From positions 124,001 through 188,000 of the forward strand of contig CT867993.1 of assembly GCA_000165425.1 (NCBI GenBank): DNA of 64,000 nt, given 5' to 3'. Source of the DNA: Paramecium tetraurelia (lineage: Eukaryota). This document shows, piece after piece, positions 14,003-26,188 of this stretch (position 1 is the stretch's first letter; each line of letters starts with the position of its first letter). Both the position numbers and the translations under genes were made by a program. The notes under the pieces are model-generated. The model had not been told where the DNA came from. It saw only the letters and a list, made by a program, of their open reading frames with translations, and ran no database searches.

Positions 14003-14399
14003 TAAATAATTAATAGACACGTTTAATTAAGTTTTTATAATCTTAATGAAAAAATTAACAATAAGTATTAATTTATTTTTCTAATTCAATTAATTGCAGG
14101 CAAGAATTGAACTAAATAGCCTAGTATAATCTATGAAAATGATACTCTTTATTTTCAAAATATTGTGATTATTTTATTAGCAATTTCAAGAATTGAAAAT
14201 ATTATCATGTAAAAACATACAATCTTAGAAATATAATTTAATAATGAATTTGAGGTTCTAATATATAATAGGATAATTTTTCATTGAAATTCTCTTTAGA
14301 ATTATAATCGAACAAATATATATCTTATTTGATTTATATTAGAGAGATAGCATCTTCCTAATATTAATATAATAATGATGCATAATTGTTGATTATAAT

Positions 14400-15530
14400 C
14401 CCTGCATTATCCACTAATAATTATAAGCAAATTTAGTCAATATATATAAAGTATTTCATTAAATTGAAATACTCTTATTATTGTTTTTATTGAGATTTCT
14501 AACTAGATCTCAATAAATTGACTAGGGATAGCTTGATGGAACTATCCCCAATCAATTCATAAAGATTAATTATTATTCATTCAAATCATTCAGCTAGAAT
14601 GACTTTAGTCTCAATAAATGGCATTTGAACTCGATCTTTGATCAATTTGAGTTATTTCTTTTTCTTTCCTTTTCCTTTCTGTCTTTTTTATTTTTATTAA
14701 TCCTTCCAAATAATTAGTTCAATTTTGTATTTTACTTTAATTAAGTTATGTAATAAGTACAAATAAATAGAATTTTTTGACAAAAAAAATAGTTACAATA
14801 TTATTAGTCTTATTTGAAGGGAAACTAATCTAATAACTGAACCACTTCTATCGCAGCAGCCAGTTTGATTCGGTTTTTTTTGACACGAAAAATTTGTGTA
14901 ATTTATCTGCCTTTCTATACCAAAATATTTTATGTTATATATATAAATAATAGGATAAACAAATATTAAAATAGATTAATATTGAAGCATAGCAACCTTG
15001 AAGCATTGAGCTTTCTTAACTCTGTGTCTTTATGCTGAAATAAGCATGCAATTTTAGCATAAAATTCAATATTATTTAATATCCTATTTTATATGACCTA
15101 TTAGGCTATTAATTATATATCAATTAAAAAAATAAAAATGCAAGAGTTGAATACTTAACAAGAAAATGAAATAGAGGCTTTTTTAGCTTATATATGAAAA
15201 ATTAGTTTGGAGATGTTTTTAACTTAAATAATTTAAAGAATCAATTAACCATTTATAAATGATTGATTATTAATGAGAATGATGAAAAAGTTGACGACTC
15301 TTTACTTTTAGTTGATTCTACAAATAATGTGTAGATAAAATAGGAATATATGAATTTATTGAATTCATTTGAGGTTTTTATGGACTGTGTTTGAATGATT
15401 ATGATGTTTTGGATGGAATTTCATTTATGGTGAAGGCGGCACAAAATAATAAAGGCGGTATTCATTAATGAAAATATTTATATCTGAAGCATAATAGGCC
15501 TTAATATGCCATGCATTGCTTTGTATTTTA
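14400..15530. pseudogene. Probable decayed coding remnants in an unusually long intergenic gap
   Basis: Protein-like fragments broken by TGA or frameshifts occur on the - strand (~14400-15060, e.g. RIKLAAAIEVVQLLDQFPFK) and the + strand (15138-15530, MQELNTQQENEIEAF..., YDVLDGISFMVKAAQNNKGG). Confidence 0.3.
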
Positions 15531-15690
15531 TATTAAATGAATTTTTGTAAAAATGAGAGGGGCTTTCAAAAACTAAGTAGGAGGGCTCAATAATTAAAAT
15601 TATTTCTCTGTTTAATTAATTCAAAACTTTCATTTGATTTTATTAGACAGAAATATATTAAATTATATGAATTAATAGATTGTTAATATA

Positions 15691-16779
15691 ATGGAAGCAA
15701 CTTTATGCTAGATATTAGCTGAGAATTACACTTAGGAAACAAACAAATACTCAACAATTATTGTTTTCTAAAGATATAGTTCTGATAAAAAATGCATGTT
15801 TTTTATTGGTTATGATTCCAATTCATTTATTATTATTTAACAGCAACACTACTAAGTAGATGAGATGGATACAAACTTAGATATATATTTCAAGAGAGTT
15901 TATGACTTCTTATATTTAATCCTTTTTCAAAAGAAGGAAGTGACAATCCACTTCATAAATATTTTAATAATAAAAGATTTCGATCATTTCTATCAATTAT
16001 TTGATCTTGAAGGTCCTTTCCCAAAGAGCAAAATCATAGTTTGGATTGAGCATTAACAACAACTTGACATACGAAAATAATATTTATCAATCTAAATCTC
16101 CTTCAATTATGTATAAATCAAATTTGATTATAGAGTGCACTAATAAAGATTTAATTTAATTTGTTAATAAAAGATTTAGGAGCCTACAAATAGTTCGCAA
16201 TCAAATAAATTAGTCAAATGCAAGAGAGTCACTAACAGTTCCTATAATAATTTGAGAACTGCTTAGAACAAGTTAAGGCCTTTAAGTTTTTGACTTTAAT
16301 TAAAGAAATAACTTTTCTTAAGGAAATACCAGATTAAATAGAGTATTTTGCATAAATATTAATGAATCTACCTCGTTATACAAGTTTAGATGCAGTTGTA
16401 ATAATAGCTAAACTTAAGTTATATAAATAAAAAGCAAATTTTAATAGGACAAATAATTAATAAAAGTTAAAAATTAACGAATACTTGGAAATAACCTAAA
16501 CTGATTTAAGGATATTTAAAGAACTAAAGTATTGTCATTTCCCAAAGAGAGGAGATAATAGTTAAAAGTATTATATTTTTTATATATGATAGGTGTAAAG
16601 TTTGTTAAAAGAATAGCGATAAGGTTAGAAAATCCAGTTTTGTTTGTGAAGCGTGTAAACTTCATTATAAAATAAATGTAACCCTTTGTACAACAAAATG
16701 CTTTAAACTATTTCATTTAAATCCTGAAAAGTATTTACGCAGAAAAAATAGATCAAAAAACACAAAAGTTGAAGAATGA
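15691..16779 (+). CDS. PiggyBac/PiggyMac-related protein: C-terminal HC6H cysteine-rich domain plus a putative degenerate transposase core (~346 aa)
   Basis: The ORF is intact after removing introns 16111-16133 and 16568-16592 (347 codons). The C-terminus is HFPKRGDNSQKCKVCQKNSDKVRKSSFVCEACKLHYKINVTLCTTKCFKLFHLNPEKY, i.e. H-x10-CxxC-x13-CxxC-x10-Cx3C-x4-H. Confidence 0.8.
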
Positions 16780-17063
16780 TAAAATATTCTATATTATATT
16801 ATATATATGATATTTCATATAATCAGGAGATTACATATTTTAGGAAAGTATTTTAGGTTCACCATAATTTTATTAGAGTATCAGTAAGTAAAACATTTAA
16901 AACCAATTATATGTTTATAAATTATTAAGAATAATAAATATTTATAATTATAAAAATTTTATGAAATGAAATCTAAATGAAATCAGAAAATGTCGATTAA
17001 ATTGATACTTAAATATAAGAGATAAGAACTTCAAAATTAAGAGTTAAACAATAATTTGTTAGA

Positions 17064-18317
17064 TCACCATATATAAAACATAAATTTAATAATTATCAAA
17101 ATAAATAGAGAAATTCCCGATTAGATTAAAGCTGATTTAAGGGTTTAAGCTTCTAATAATTTTTAAAAGGATCTTAAGCTATACATCAATAGAAGGCAAT
17201 AACAAACTTTGATTAAAATTTCATAAGCGTACATTCCAATAAGCATAGATATAACAAATAGTATATAGAGTAGCATCAAATAAGTTACCATTGAAGGTTT
17301 AGTGACTTTAATATATGAATAAGATTACTGAATAGCATCCAATCACTAAACAAAATAATTTCTATAAGAGATGATAAAGCTATTATGAGTACTGCAATTA
17401 AAATTCGTTCTTAAACACCAACAAGATACCCAAAACAAGATTTTAGAATTGCAATTTCGCTCAAGACTAGATATATTTTACCACTGATTTGATTATCAAC
17501 TTTATTTTGAGTATTTTGTGTATGCTGTGTAAATGAAAAGTCTTTAAAGGTTTGAGTTCTGGCGGGTTTAAATTAAGCAGAATCATTATTCTAATCAGGA
17601 TCTCCACCTAAATGCCTGGCTCTGGCTAATTATTTGTTGCTATACTCTGACTAAAAAACTTAATGTTATTTACTATCTATAGTCTAAAATAACAGAATGA
17701 ATTACAAATTATAATTTATTAAGCAAATCTGATTAGTTGAGTTTAATATTGCTATTACTATTCTTAACTTCTTCGCTATTTTTAATTTAATCATACTGAT
17801 TTTAGTTTCTATAATAACTTTCAATACGCAAGACCTCCTCACTTTTTTCAGGAACATATTCTGAGATGACTTTAGGTTGTAAAATTGGAGGAGGAGGAAC
17901 ATTATTACTTGTAGCAAGTTAGGTTTTTTATGTGTCATCAAATTCTTTATCGTATATTTCTTAGAATTCTTTGATAATGAATAGTAATGGAATCAAAAAC
18001 AAAATTTTATATTGGATTGAGAATTCATTGTTAAGATATGCAGTTATGGATTCTCTTTATTCATTAGGTAATTGATCAATTTGTCTAATAATTTTGGAGT
18101 AATTATGATCTTTTAAGTATTTATGATGTTGCAATTCGACTGCATTAATGAAAAGCAAGGGAATAACAAGTACAAAAGCTGAATGAAATAGGAATCTTCT
18201 AATAAAGTTAACAAAGGATTCTGCAAATCTTTCATATTTCATGATCCTAGCATTATATACAAAATAGGTAATCCAAGTAAATGCCAAACTTACAATTATG
18301 TTTATAATATATATCAT
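17064..18317 (-). CDS. Hypothetical multi-pass membrane protein (~402 aa)
   Basis: N-terminal hydrophobic helices (MIYIINIIVSLAFTWITYFVY, FLFHSAFVLVIPLLFI), a hydrophilic middle and several C-terminal hydrophobic helices. Introns of 22 and 23 nt give 403 codons. Confidence 0.75.
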
Positions 18318-18325
18318 TTTATATA

Positions 18326-20499
18326 ATGAATATTCAAAATTACTCAAGCAAAGACGACAAAAAGAAAACATTATTGAAACCAAGAATACGATCCTCAAGC
18401 AAAGAAGCTACTTAGCAACTCACTCAACCAAGAATTGCAATTTAAAATCCTCCTGTGTATAGAAACACAACAGCTGATAAACATAGAAAACACTCAGTAG
18501 ATAATAAAAAACAAGTAAAGCAAAAAAAGAAGAAAAAGACTCAAAAGAACTTGTAACGTAAAGATTTATCCCTATATATTAAGAATTGGATAATTAGGAG
18601 GAGTAAAGATTATTAGAGGAAGAATAGAAGAGAATTAGAGATCTAGAAGAATTTTAAAGATAATAATGGGAGAAAATGAGTTAGGAAGAACGAGATAGAT
18701 TAAAAAATGAGGAAAACGATAGAGTTTAAATAGAAATGAATTGGGATAAGGAAATTCATGAATACAAAAAGAAATGTTTAGAAATCGAGGAATGGAATAA
18801 CTATATATCCTGTAATACTCAAATAGATGCCAGATCTGAAAAAGATTTAAACACAGTAATTTATCAACTAAGTACGAGTAATGATGATATTTCATTGAAT
18901 TACAAATAGATTGAATATATTTCAACAATAATTTTCCTGATCCAAGTAGCTCATTAATAAGACTTAAGTCAATCAATATTAAATAAGCAGGACCATTATT
19001 TTAGATATATTGAAAAACTAAAATCAATTTAGAGTAGTAAAATATATGAAATAATAAAACACTTTTATATTCATTACGAGAATTACTTGGATGAATTGAA
19101 TCACATCTGTATTAATATATCCTCTATATATAAGTGAAACATTAATACTTTTTGTTGGAATTTAATCAAGAAACCCAATAAAGGATTTTATAAAAAATCG
19201 CATAAAAGCCTGAGGATAGAGTCAAATATGAAATCTTAAAATATACAGAATTCAGTAACTCATTTAAAGCAGCATTTTGGTATTGTCCCTTATCTAAGAT
19301 CGGATATAGAATAAAGCCCATTGACTTCTCTCAAATATCCAATCTTTAAATTGAAATTCCAAGATAATTGGCTGGACAAAGCTTAATTTATTATGTAACA
19401 TGGACAAATCATGATCCGTATGTACAATATAAATAATACACATAATATTTACCAATAGGTGGAATATTTTAAAATTGTTGTGTTAACTTACCTAAATTAT
19501 CAAAGAAAACTAATGGCTGGACACTCAAGCCTACATTTACAGATTCTTAATTATAGCCTTTAAAATTGGCTTAAGGATTCTAGTCTTATAGTTGTTTCTT
19601 TTAAATAACCAATTCGTACTATTTATAAGATGCAAGCAAATTATTTGTGGTAACATTTTAAAATGGTAATTGGACTCAAGAAGGAATAGAAGATTTGAAA
19701 GTGAATCTAGACACTCGATCTGTTTCATTTTCGTTGAAGAATCAATCTCCATTTATGTTAGCCACATTAAAATTTGCTGATTTTCCATTTAAAACCTGGA
19801 AAGTCAGTTCTCTATCTCCTGATAAAGTATATGTAAATATCATAAGTAAAAATTCTAATTGATATTTTATAGCCTAAAGAGATATTAATATTGGAATATA
19901 ATTAGACAGCAAACTATCAAAATTAGTAAAACCTACTAGTCTTGCCTAATAATATTTTTAAGAACCTATGCCGATCATAGAATTATTATTAAAATTAAGA
20001 AATGTTGGAATCAATTTGATAGCCCAAGAGGAAGATGCAATCTGTTTGTAAACTGTGTTTAAAAGATCTGAAGTTGAAAATCAAGTATTATTAAATTTAA
20101 TGTAAACACTAAGAGGTATATCTATTTATAGAAATTGTAGTTTATTCCTTCAAATAATCAAAATGGAATTAAAAATGTGGTTCAGATTAAATTATTATTC
20201 AGTTTATTGAGAATCCTAATTTTAATTAAGATTTTGAAGGAGATGATGAATTTAAATGGAGAAATTTAGAATTCCAATTGAATAAAGTATCCCTTCTGGA
20301 GGGTAATGATAATAGTGATAAGTTTTCATCAAAATGGTTTAAAAATACTGTTAGTCATGCTAATTTATTAATTTTAATTCAACAGCATTAAATCACTCCA
20401 CCAGAATTATAATTTTATATGGAAGAAATTCAGAATGTTGAATTAAGATCAAACCTTAGAACAATGCTGAAAGTAATGAGACTTTTATCAATTAATTGA
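18326..20499 (+). CDS. DNAI7: Dynein axonemal intermediate chain 7 / CASC1 (IC97/Las1)-like
   Basis: K-rich N-terminus, E/Q coiled coil, then EEWNNYISCNTQIDARSEKDLNT resembling the CASC1 N-terminal motif. Downstream are FGIVP, FPFKTWK and a C-terminal ...RTMLKVMRLLSIN*. Confidence 0.75.
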
Positions 20500-20766
20500 C
20501 ATTATATAAAACATAATATATAATAAAATATTGTTTTAAATGAAATTCGATTCTATTAAATTTTTATATAATGTATGTCTTACATCTTTTAGAATGAAAT
20601 TTCTCAATTATTTTTTTACTACTCTATAAATAAGAATGATTATAAATAAGATTGTCATATAATGAGTTTTCTATAACAATAATAATTGATCTAGAATGTT
20701 CATATGCACAACCAATAATTTTACATAAAATTACAAAATCTTAATTTAAAAGAATATATAGAATCA

Positions 20767-22131
20767 TCATTGATCTTTAGACATAATTTTAAATATTTGT
20801 TTCTTTATTCTATATTAGCTACTAAATTCTATTTATTATTTGATAAGCTTTTCATGATGAATTTACTAGTTATATTACTTCCACTTCTTTAAAATATTCT
20901 TGCAAAATTTGACTAAATGTACTTACATCATTTTTTCATTCATATCTCTTTTTTTAATTTTATAATTATGATATAACTATAATAGTGAAAATAACTATTT
21001 CTATAATGATTTACATCTAAATAATTCAGCAAATTCTAAGGAGTATCTTTTATACTTTTGTTTTTAAGTATAATTTTATAATTAAAAGAATATTTATTTC
21101 ACTTTCTTTTCATTAAGAATCTTTTGTATTTCTTTATACTTTTAAATCAAATTCTTAGTATCCCTTAGAGTCTATATGGCTAATTTCTCTAGATTATCTT
21201 TTCTTATTGCTTGCAAATACCGTTTGCTTTATTATCTTACCTTGTATTTTAGTAAAGTACTGAAAGACTTTTGCATAAGCATTTTCCATCTCCCATATTA
21301 AGCCAATGTTTTTTATCTCCTATAAATCATATTTTTTTGGGCTCTAGTATTTAAGAAAGTAAGCATTTCACTCATGAGTGTGAGGTTTCGCTTTTTGATG
21401 AATTCTTTAACTTACTGTTTTTAGTTAATCGTATAGTCAACATATTACGACCAAAATTAAAAAATAGCTAACAGCCTTTATTTCTATTTATTTATTGCAT
21501 ATTGTTCTAAGTAATTTTCTGTTTAATGCAATTTGAATTTCATTATGCCAAAGTATTTTTAATACAATTTCAGTTTTTATTTGTGAATCAATTCTTGGTA
21601 TGCAACTAAGTCATTTTGTGTTCTTTAGATAAACTTACACCACTAATGAAAATACAACCTTTTTGTGTTTTTAGTATATAATTGTTATGCATCATATTTT
21701 TATATTTACTTCTGTTATAAATTGGAAACCACTTGATTCCAGGCTTTCATTAATATACCTTTTATTCTTTTATCTCTTTTATTCTGAAATCTAAAAAGCA
21801 TGACCTATCTAATTTGAATCTGTTCAATATTTGTATGCCAATGGATAAATAGCATTTTCAACCGTTTGATTCGCTTAGTCTCAATGAAATTAGCCACTTG
21901 ATAGACATCATATGTCTTAGCAGTTTGAAGTCTCCATGCTTGAAATAGTTTTTGTAACCATTCCCTTTATTGCTCAACATATTGAACGATCTCGGATGTT
22001 TTAAGAGAGTCAATTAATTCGTTGAGTTGGGATTCAGCTTCGCTATCGATGGGGTTCTCTTTCAATTTGCATGCCTGTAGGTAGAGATCCTTCTTAATAG
22101 AATTGGAAAGAGTTTTTGAATTCGAATTCAT
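20767..22131 (-). CDS. Sfi1-like repeat protein (possible centrin binder)
   Basis: Repeated F/L-x-x-W helical units (KLFQAWR, LFIHWH, LKKWK) in a long ciliate-code ORF starting MNSNSKTLSNSIKKDLYL. Confidence 0.6.
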
Positions 22132-22160
22132 TTAATCGGAATTATTATTTTTTAGAAAAT

Positions 22161-23467
22161 ATGGGAAGCAATTGTGCAACCTGTTAAAATTGTTAGAAAA
22201 AGGAGGAGATTCTTATCAGCGAAGTTTAACAATAATCGAACCCGCAAATGAATTAATACTCTTAATAACCGAATGAGGAGGAGGAAGAGGATCGTATAAT
22301 GATCTAACAATATTTTAGATCTCGAGGAAAAGAACCATGAAGGTTCCAGCTAGGTCGTATAGCAATATTTAAATTTGGATACTCCTTAAAAGAATGATGC
22401 TGTTGTATATGCGGAACCGACGAGGGCCTAACAAGTGGAAACTCCATAAGTTCAAGTGATTATGACAAATGGTATTTATGAAAGTGATTGTTAAATAAGA
22501 GTCAAATGCAGATAGCAAGAAGAGAAAGAACGAGATGATGTTACGAAATATGGAGGATCTGAATGATACATAAGTTAATAAGTCTGAAAGCACAGTCAGA
22601 GAGAAGAGGCCTCGTTATTAATTCAAAGTAGAAAGTGTTGAAAGTCTTATTTTTATAGAGTGGAGCATATTACGAGGGAGAATGGGTTGGTTAGAATAGA
22701 GATGGATATGGAGTTCAAATTTGGAATGATGGAGCAAAGTATGTGGGACAGTGGAAGAACAATAGAGCCAACGGAGTAGGGAAGTTTTGGCACATAGATG
22801 GAGATTATTATGAAGGAGATTGGAAAGACGATAAAGCATGTGGGAAGGGTGTTTATATTCATATGAATGGAGCATAGTATGAAGGAGATTGGATGGATGA
22901 TTTATAACATGGGTTTGGAGTTGAAACTTGGACTGATCAAGCGAGATTCGAAGGATTATATTAAAATGGTAAGAAAGAAGGATTTGGGAAGTATTATTGG
23001 GGAGATGGATCAATATATATTGGCAATTGGAGTGAAAATAAGTTGAGTGGCTATGGAGTGTATACATGGCCTGATGGGAGGGTAATGAGATTAATGTAAT
23101 TTAGAGATACGAAGGGTAATGGAATAATAATTAGATGAATGGACGAGGGATCTACTATTGGAAGGATGGAAGGAAGTATGAGGGACAATATATAAATGAT
23201 AAGAAACATGGCTATGGCATTTACACATGGCCAGATGGAAGGGTATGAGTATCTATAGAGTCCTATTAGAAATACGAAGGATATTGGTCAAATGGCAAAT
23301 AATAAGGAAAAGGTAGATACATTCTATCAAATGGAAAGAGTTAGTTAGGGATGTGGGATAATGGGAAGAGGATAAAATGGTTGGATTCCATCGAACAGAG
23401 CATTGATTTGAAACCTAAAGATTGGAATTCTTATGTGTAACCGTCTTTGGGAGAGACATAATTATGA
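22161..23467 (+). CDS. MORN-repeat protein with a putative N-terminal acylation signal
   Basis: Starts [11 protein letters not shown], followed by tandem YEGEW..xxxRxGxG / YxWPDGRxYEG repeats at 22670-23370. Two tiny introns. Confidence 0.93.
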
Positions 23468-23500
23468 TTATTTTACTAATTAAGAAATATGTGTTAAAAT

Positions 23501-24546
23501 TCATTCTAAAGTTTCTTCTAATTTCGAAAATCCCAATTGCTCATGAAATTAGGCAGCGTAAATAATGATTTGTTCCACGCACAAGTGATCTGAATGTTTT
23601 GATCTATCAAAGACGTCGGAGCATTCTTAAAGTTTAGTGATAAATTAAGCAATTTCGTTTTGATCTAATTTAAGTAGATGAGATTGAAAGTGTTTTAGTA
23701 AAGCAAGAGATAGTGAAATAATTGCCAGGATATTGTTAGCAATCATGAAATCAAAGAAATAGAGCACCACTTCAAAAGGGAAAGTTTGAAGGAATAGTGA
23801 AAATATCCATTTCCATATATAACAATATTGAGTGATATCTTGGGCTTCAAAATGTTGATACAGTTATGGCATTTGACTTTTGAAATGCTTGTGGAATATG
23901 TTTAATAATTTTGTAACAAATTCAAATTGATTCCCTTAATCTAATAACTAAATTACTTTATACTCTATGAATCATTCGTTTGATATAACTAAAGAAATTT
24001 GAATTACGGATTGATATTCAAATAATTTAACATCCAAAAGGCTTCCTCTTCATCCATTCCATTTACTAATAATAGGAATCCAGCCACTTGATTCATGCCT
24101 GTCACATAATCGTTGTTATAGGCTGCGATAGCCTTGAGCACATTTTCTAATGCTTAAGATTTTTTATTAAATTCATGATGACCTGGTAGAGTTCTGGGTA
24201 AGTCTTTTTCAATATCACTATCAAATTAATTTTATGAAGTCTTTAACAAGGCTTCATAACACCCCGATTCTTATAAGTTTTCAACAAACAAGGATCCTTT
24301 CCATAATAGCCATCTGTTGGAAGAGAGTGCTCCGTTCATTAGATACTTTCTAAATCTGGTTGGATCACTTTATTTGAATTTGCGTGCAGCAGTAAAGTCT
24401 TTGATTTCAAATTGATTCCATTGATGTTACAATTATTTCAATTAGGGGTTGCTACTTTCAATGGCTTCCTAAAACTTGATTCCTACGAGATTATTATACT
24501 TAGATCTAATTTAAATTTAATTGGTCTTTCCAATTTAGCATCCCAT
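23501..24546 (-). CDS. TBC-domain (Rab-GAP) protein
   Basis: Motifs DIEKDLPRTLPGH, LENVLKAIAAYNNDYVTGMNQVAGFLL, EEEAFWML, WKWIFSLFLQTFPFEVVLYF. N-terminus MGC. Confidence 0.9.
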
Positions 24547-24583
24547 AAATGAATATCAATTATAAAATAATTAATAATAATAT

Positions 24584-26141
24584 TCAATAAATCACAATTG
24601 GTCGTCCATTATGGAGGTATGTTTTAGATTCAATATTATGTGTATTTTACATATCTATTTTTACAATATTCTTGTGTTGTATTTTGATTGTTTAAGGGTT
24701 CGTAAGGTTCTGCACTTCTTGAGATAATTAAAATAAGTTAAGTATTAGATACAACTAAGGTTTAAATTCATAATTACTCTCACAATTAGACTTATGATTA
24801 CTAAAATGGAGATCATTTTTTGGATTGAGATTTCATAAGGTATGTAAATGTCTTGAGAATCATTGCCAAGCCATTTCATACCAATACAAAAGATCCATAT
24901 AACATCCAGGAAGCAACTCATTCCGAACAAGATCCCTAGAGTCTTAATGCGGTTCTCGTTTAAGGCATTAAATTCCCAGAGGATATAGAAGTCTATGATA
25001 AGGAGCAACTAACAATAGCAACACACTCATTACATCAAAAAATTAAGCCTTGTAAAATAGTATCAGTAGAGTAAGACAAGCTATGAGACCAATTAATATA
25101 GTAATCAATTTGAACTTGCTATTTTTATCCAAAAGAGGATCCGTAAAGGGCTTGACGACTTTTGTGGGATCCGCCTATTAATATGAAACTGGAATCATGG
25201 ATGCAGGTGCTTAGGTGATAGGCTTCTAATATCCTTTTGTATTGAGTTATCTCCACTTAACAAATGGTTCATAAAGAATGAAGAGATCTCTCTCATATTG
25301 CAGTAATTCTTATTCTTATGAATACACTTATTATTAGTAAGAGTTAAGTACATCTCTAAGATATTTGACCTTAGAATAGACCCATTAGATTTGGATGTTC
25401 AATTGGGATCCACTCCTATTCCCATTGACATCATATAAATCCAGCCATATATCATGCAATTGCTGATTCTTCAGATTGAAAGCATTGTTGGATAAATTTA
25501 AATCCACCCTAGCAATCACGATATTGGGAGTATATTTATCAAAATCACAAACTGTCAATTTTAAGTCTTCTTTCCCAGTTTAAACAGGGAAGTAGAACTT
25601 TTAAGATTCTTTTCAAATAGGATTAGGGCCTTTATTTAAAGTGGTTTGCTTTTCAAATTTATCAAATTGCAAAGTGATAAAAGGATCTAATTATTTGCCA
25701 TCTGCCTTGAGATTGGCAGCTTGAATCACAATAACACATAATTGACTGCCTTCCATTACTCCAAAATTATTCAAATTTTCATTTGACTAACAATAATCTA
25801 AATTAGTTTCTGTTTCTCTTTTCTGTTAATAGTTTAATTCTAAAGTAGTTCTGCAATTGTTTATTTTACTTTTCAAACTGTCTTCAGCTTTCAAAAGTAT
25901 TTGAATGAATTCATTTACTGTCACTTTACCATCATGATTAATATCTAAATTAGACCATAATTCTTCAGCAATCTCTCGATCAAATTGTTTTCCAATCTAA
26001 TCAACACAGAAATGAAACAAGTTATACCTTAGAATCTAAGACTTGGAACATCTCATTCTTATCTAATCTGCCATCATCATTGATATCTAATTCCTCAAAT
26101 TCCTATTTCAATGATTCGTACTTTTATTAAAAAGTTGCCAT
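24584..26141 (-). pseudogene. EF-hand + C2 domain + C-terminal TM protein interrupted by one in-frame TGA
   Basis: EF-hands DINDDGRLDKNE and DINHDGKVTVNE. C2 domain LCVIVIQAANL..DPFITLQF...GPNPI*KE. TM helices at the C-terminus. The TGA is at 25613-25615 and the rest of the frame is intact. Confidence 0.75.
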
Positions 26142-26188
26142 TATTTTTTAATTTTTACAATAATTTATATTTCATAATAAAGTTAATG

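Noticed and set aside
14830..14890. GC-richer island followed by a T-run (possible Pol III RNA)
   Set aside because: There are no tRNA A/B boxes or cloverleaf. It reads better as a decayed minus-strand coding fragment.
14003..17063. Autonomous PiggyBac transposon around the CRD gene
   Set aside because: I saw no TTAA-flanked terminal inverted repeats by eye, the gene has introns, and it lacks a recognisable DDD triad.
16977..18300. Plus-strand pseudogene suggested by broken ORF pieces
   Set aside because: A clean 403-codon spliced ORF on the minus strand explains the region.
22369..23067. Minus-strand ORFs overlapping the MORN gene
   Set aside because: They are antisense shadows of the repetitive MORN coding sequence and carry no recognisable motifs.
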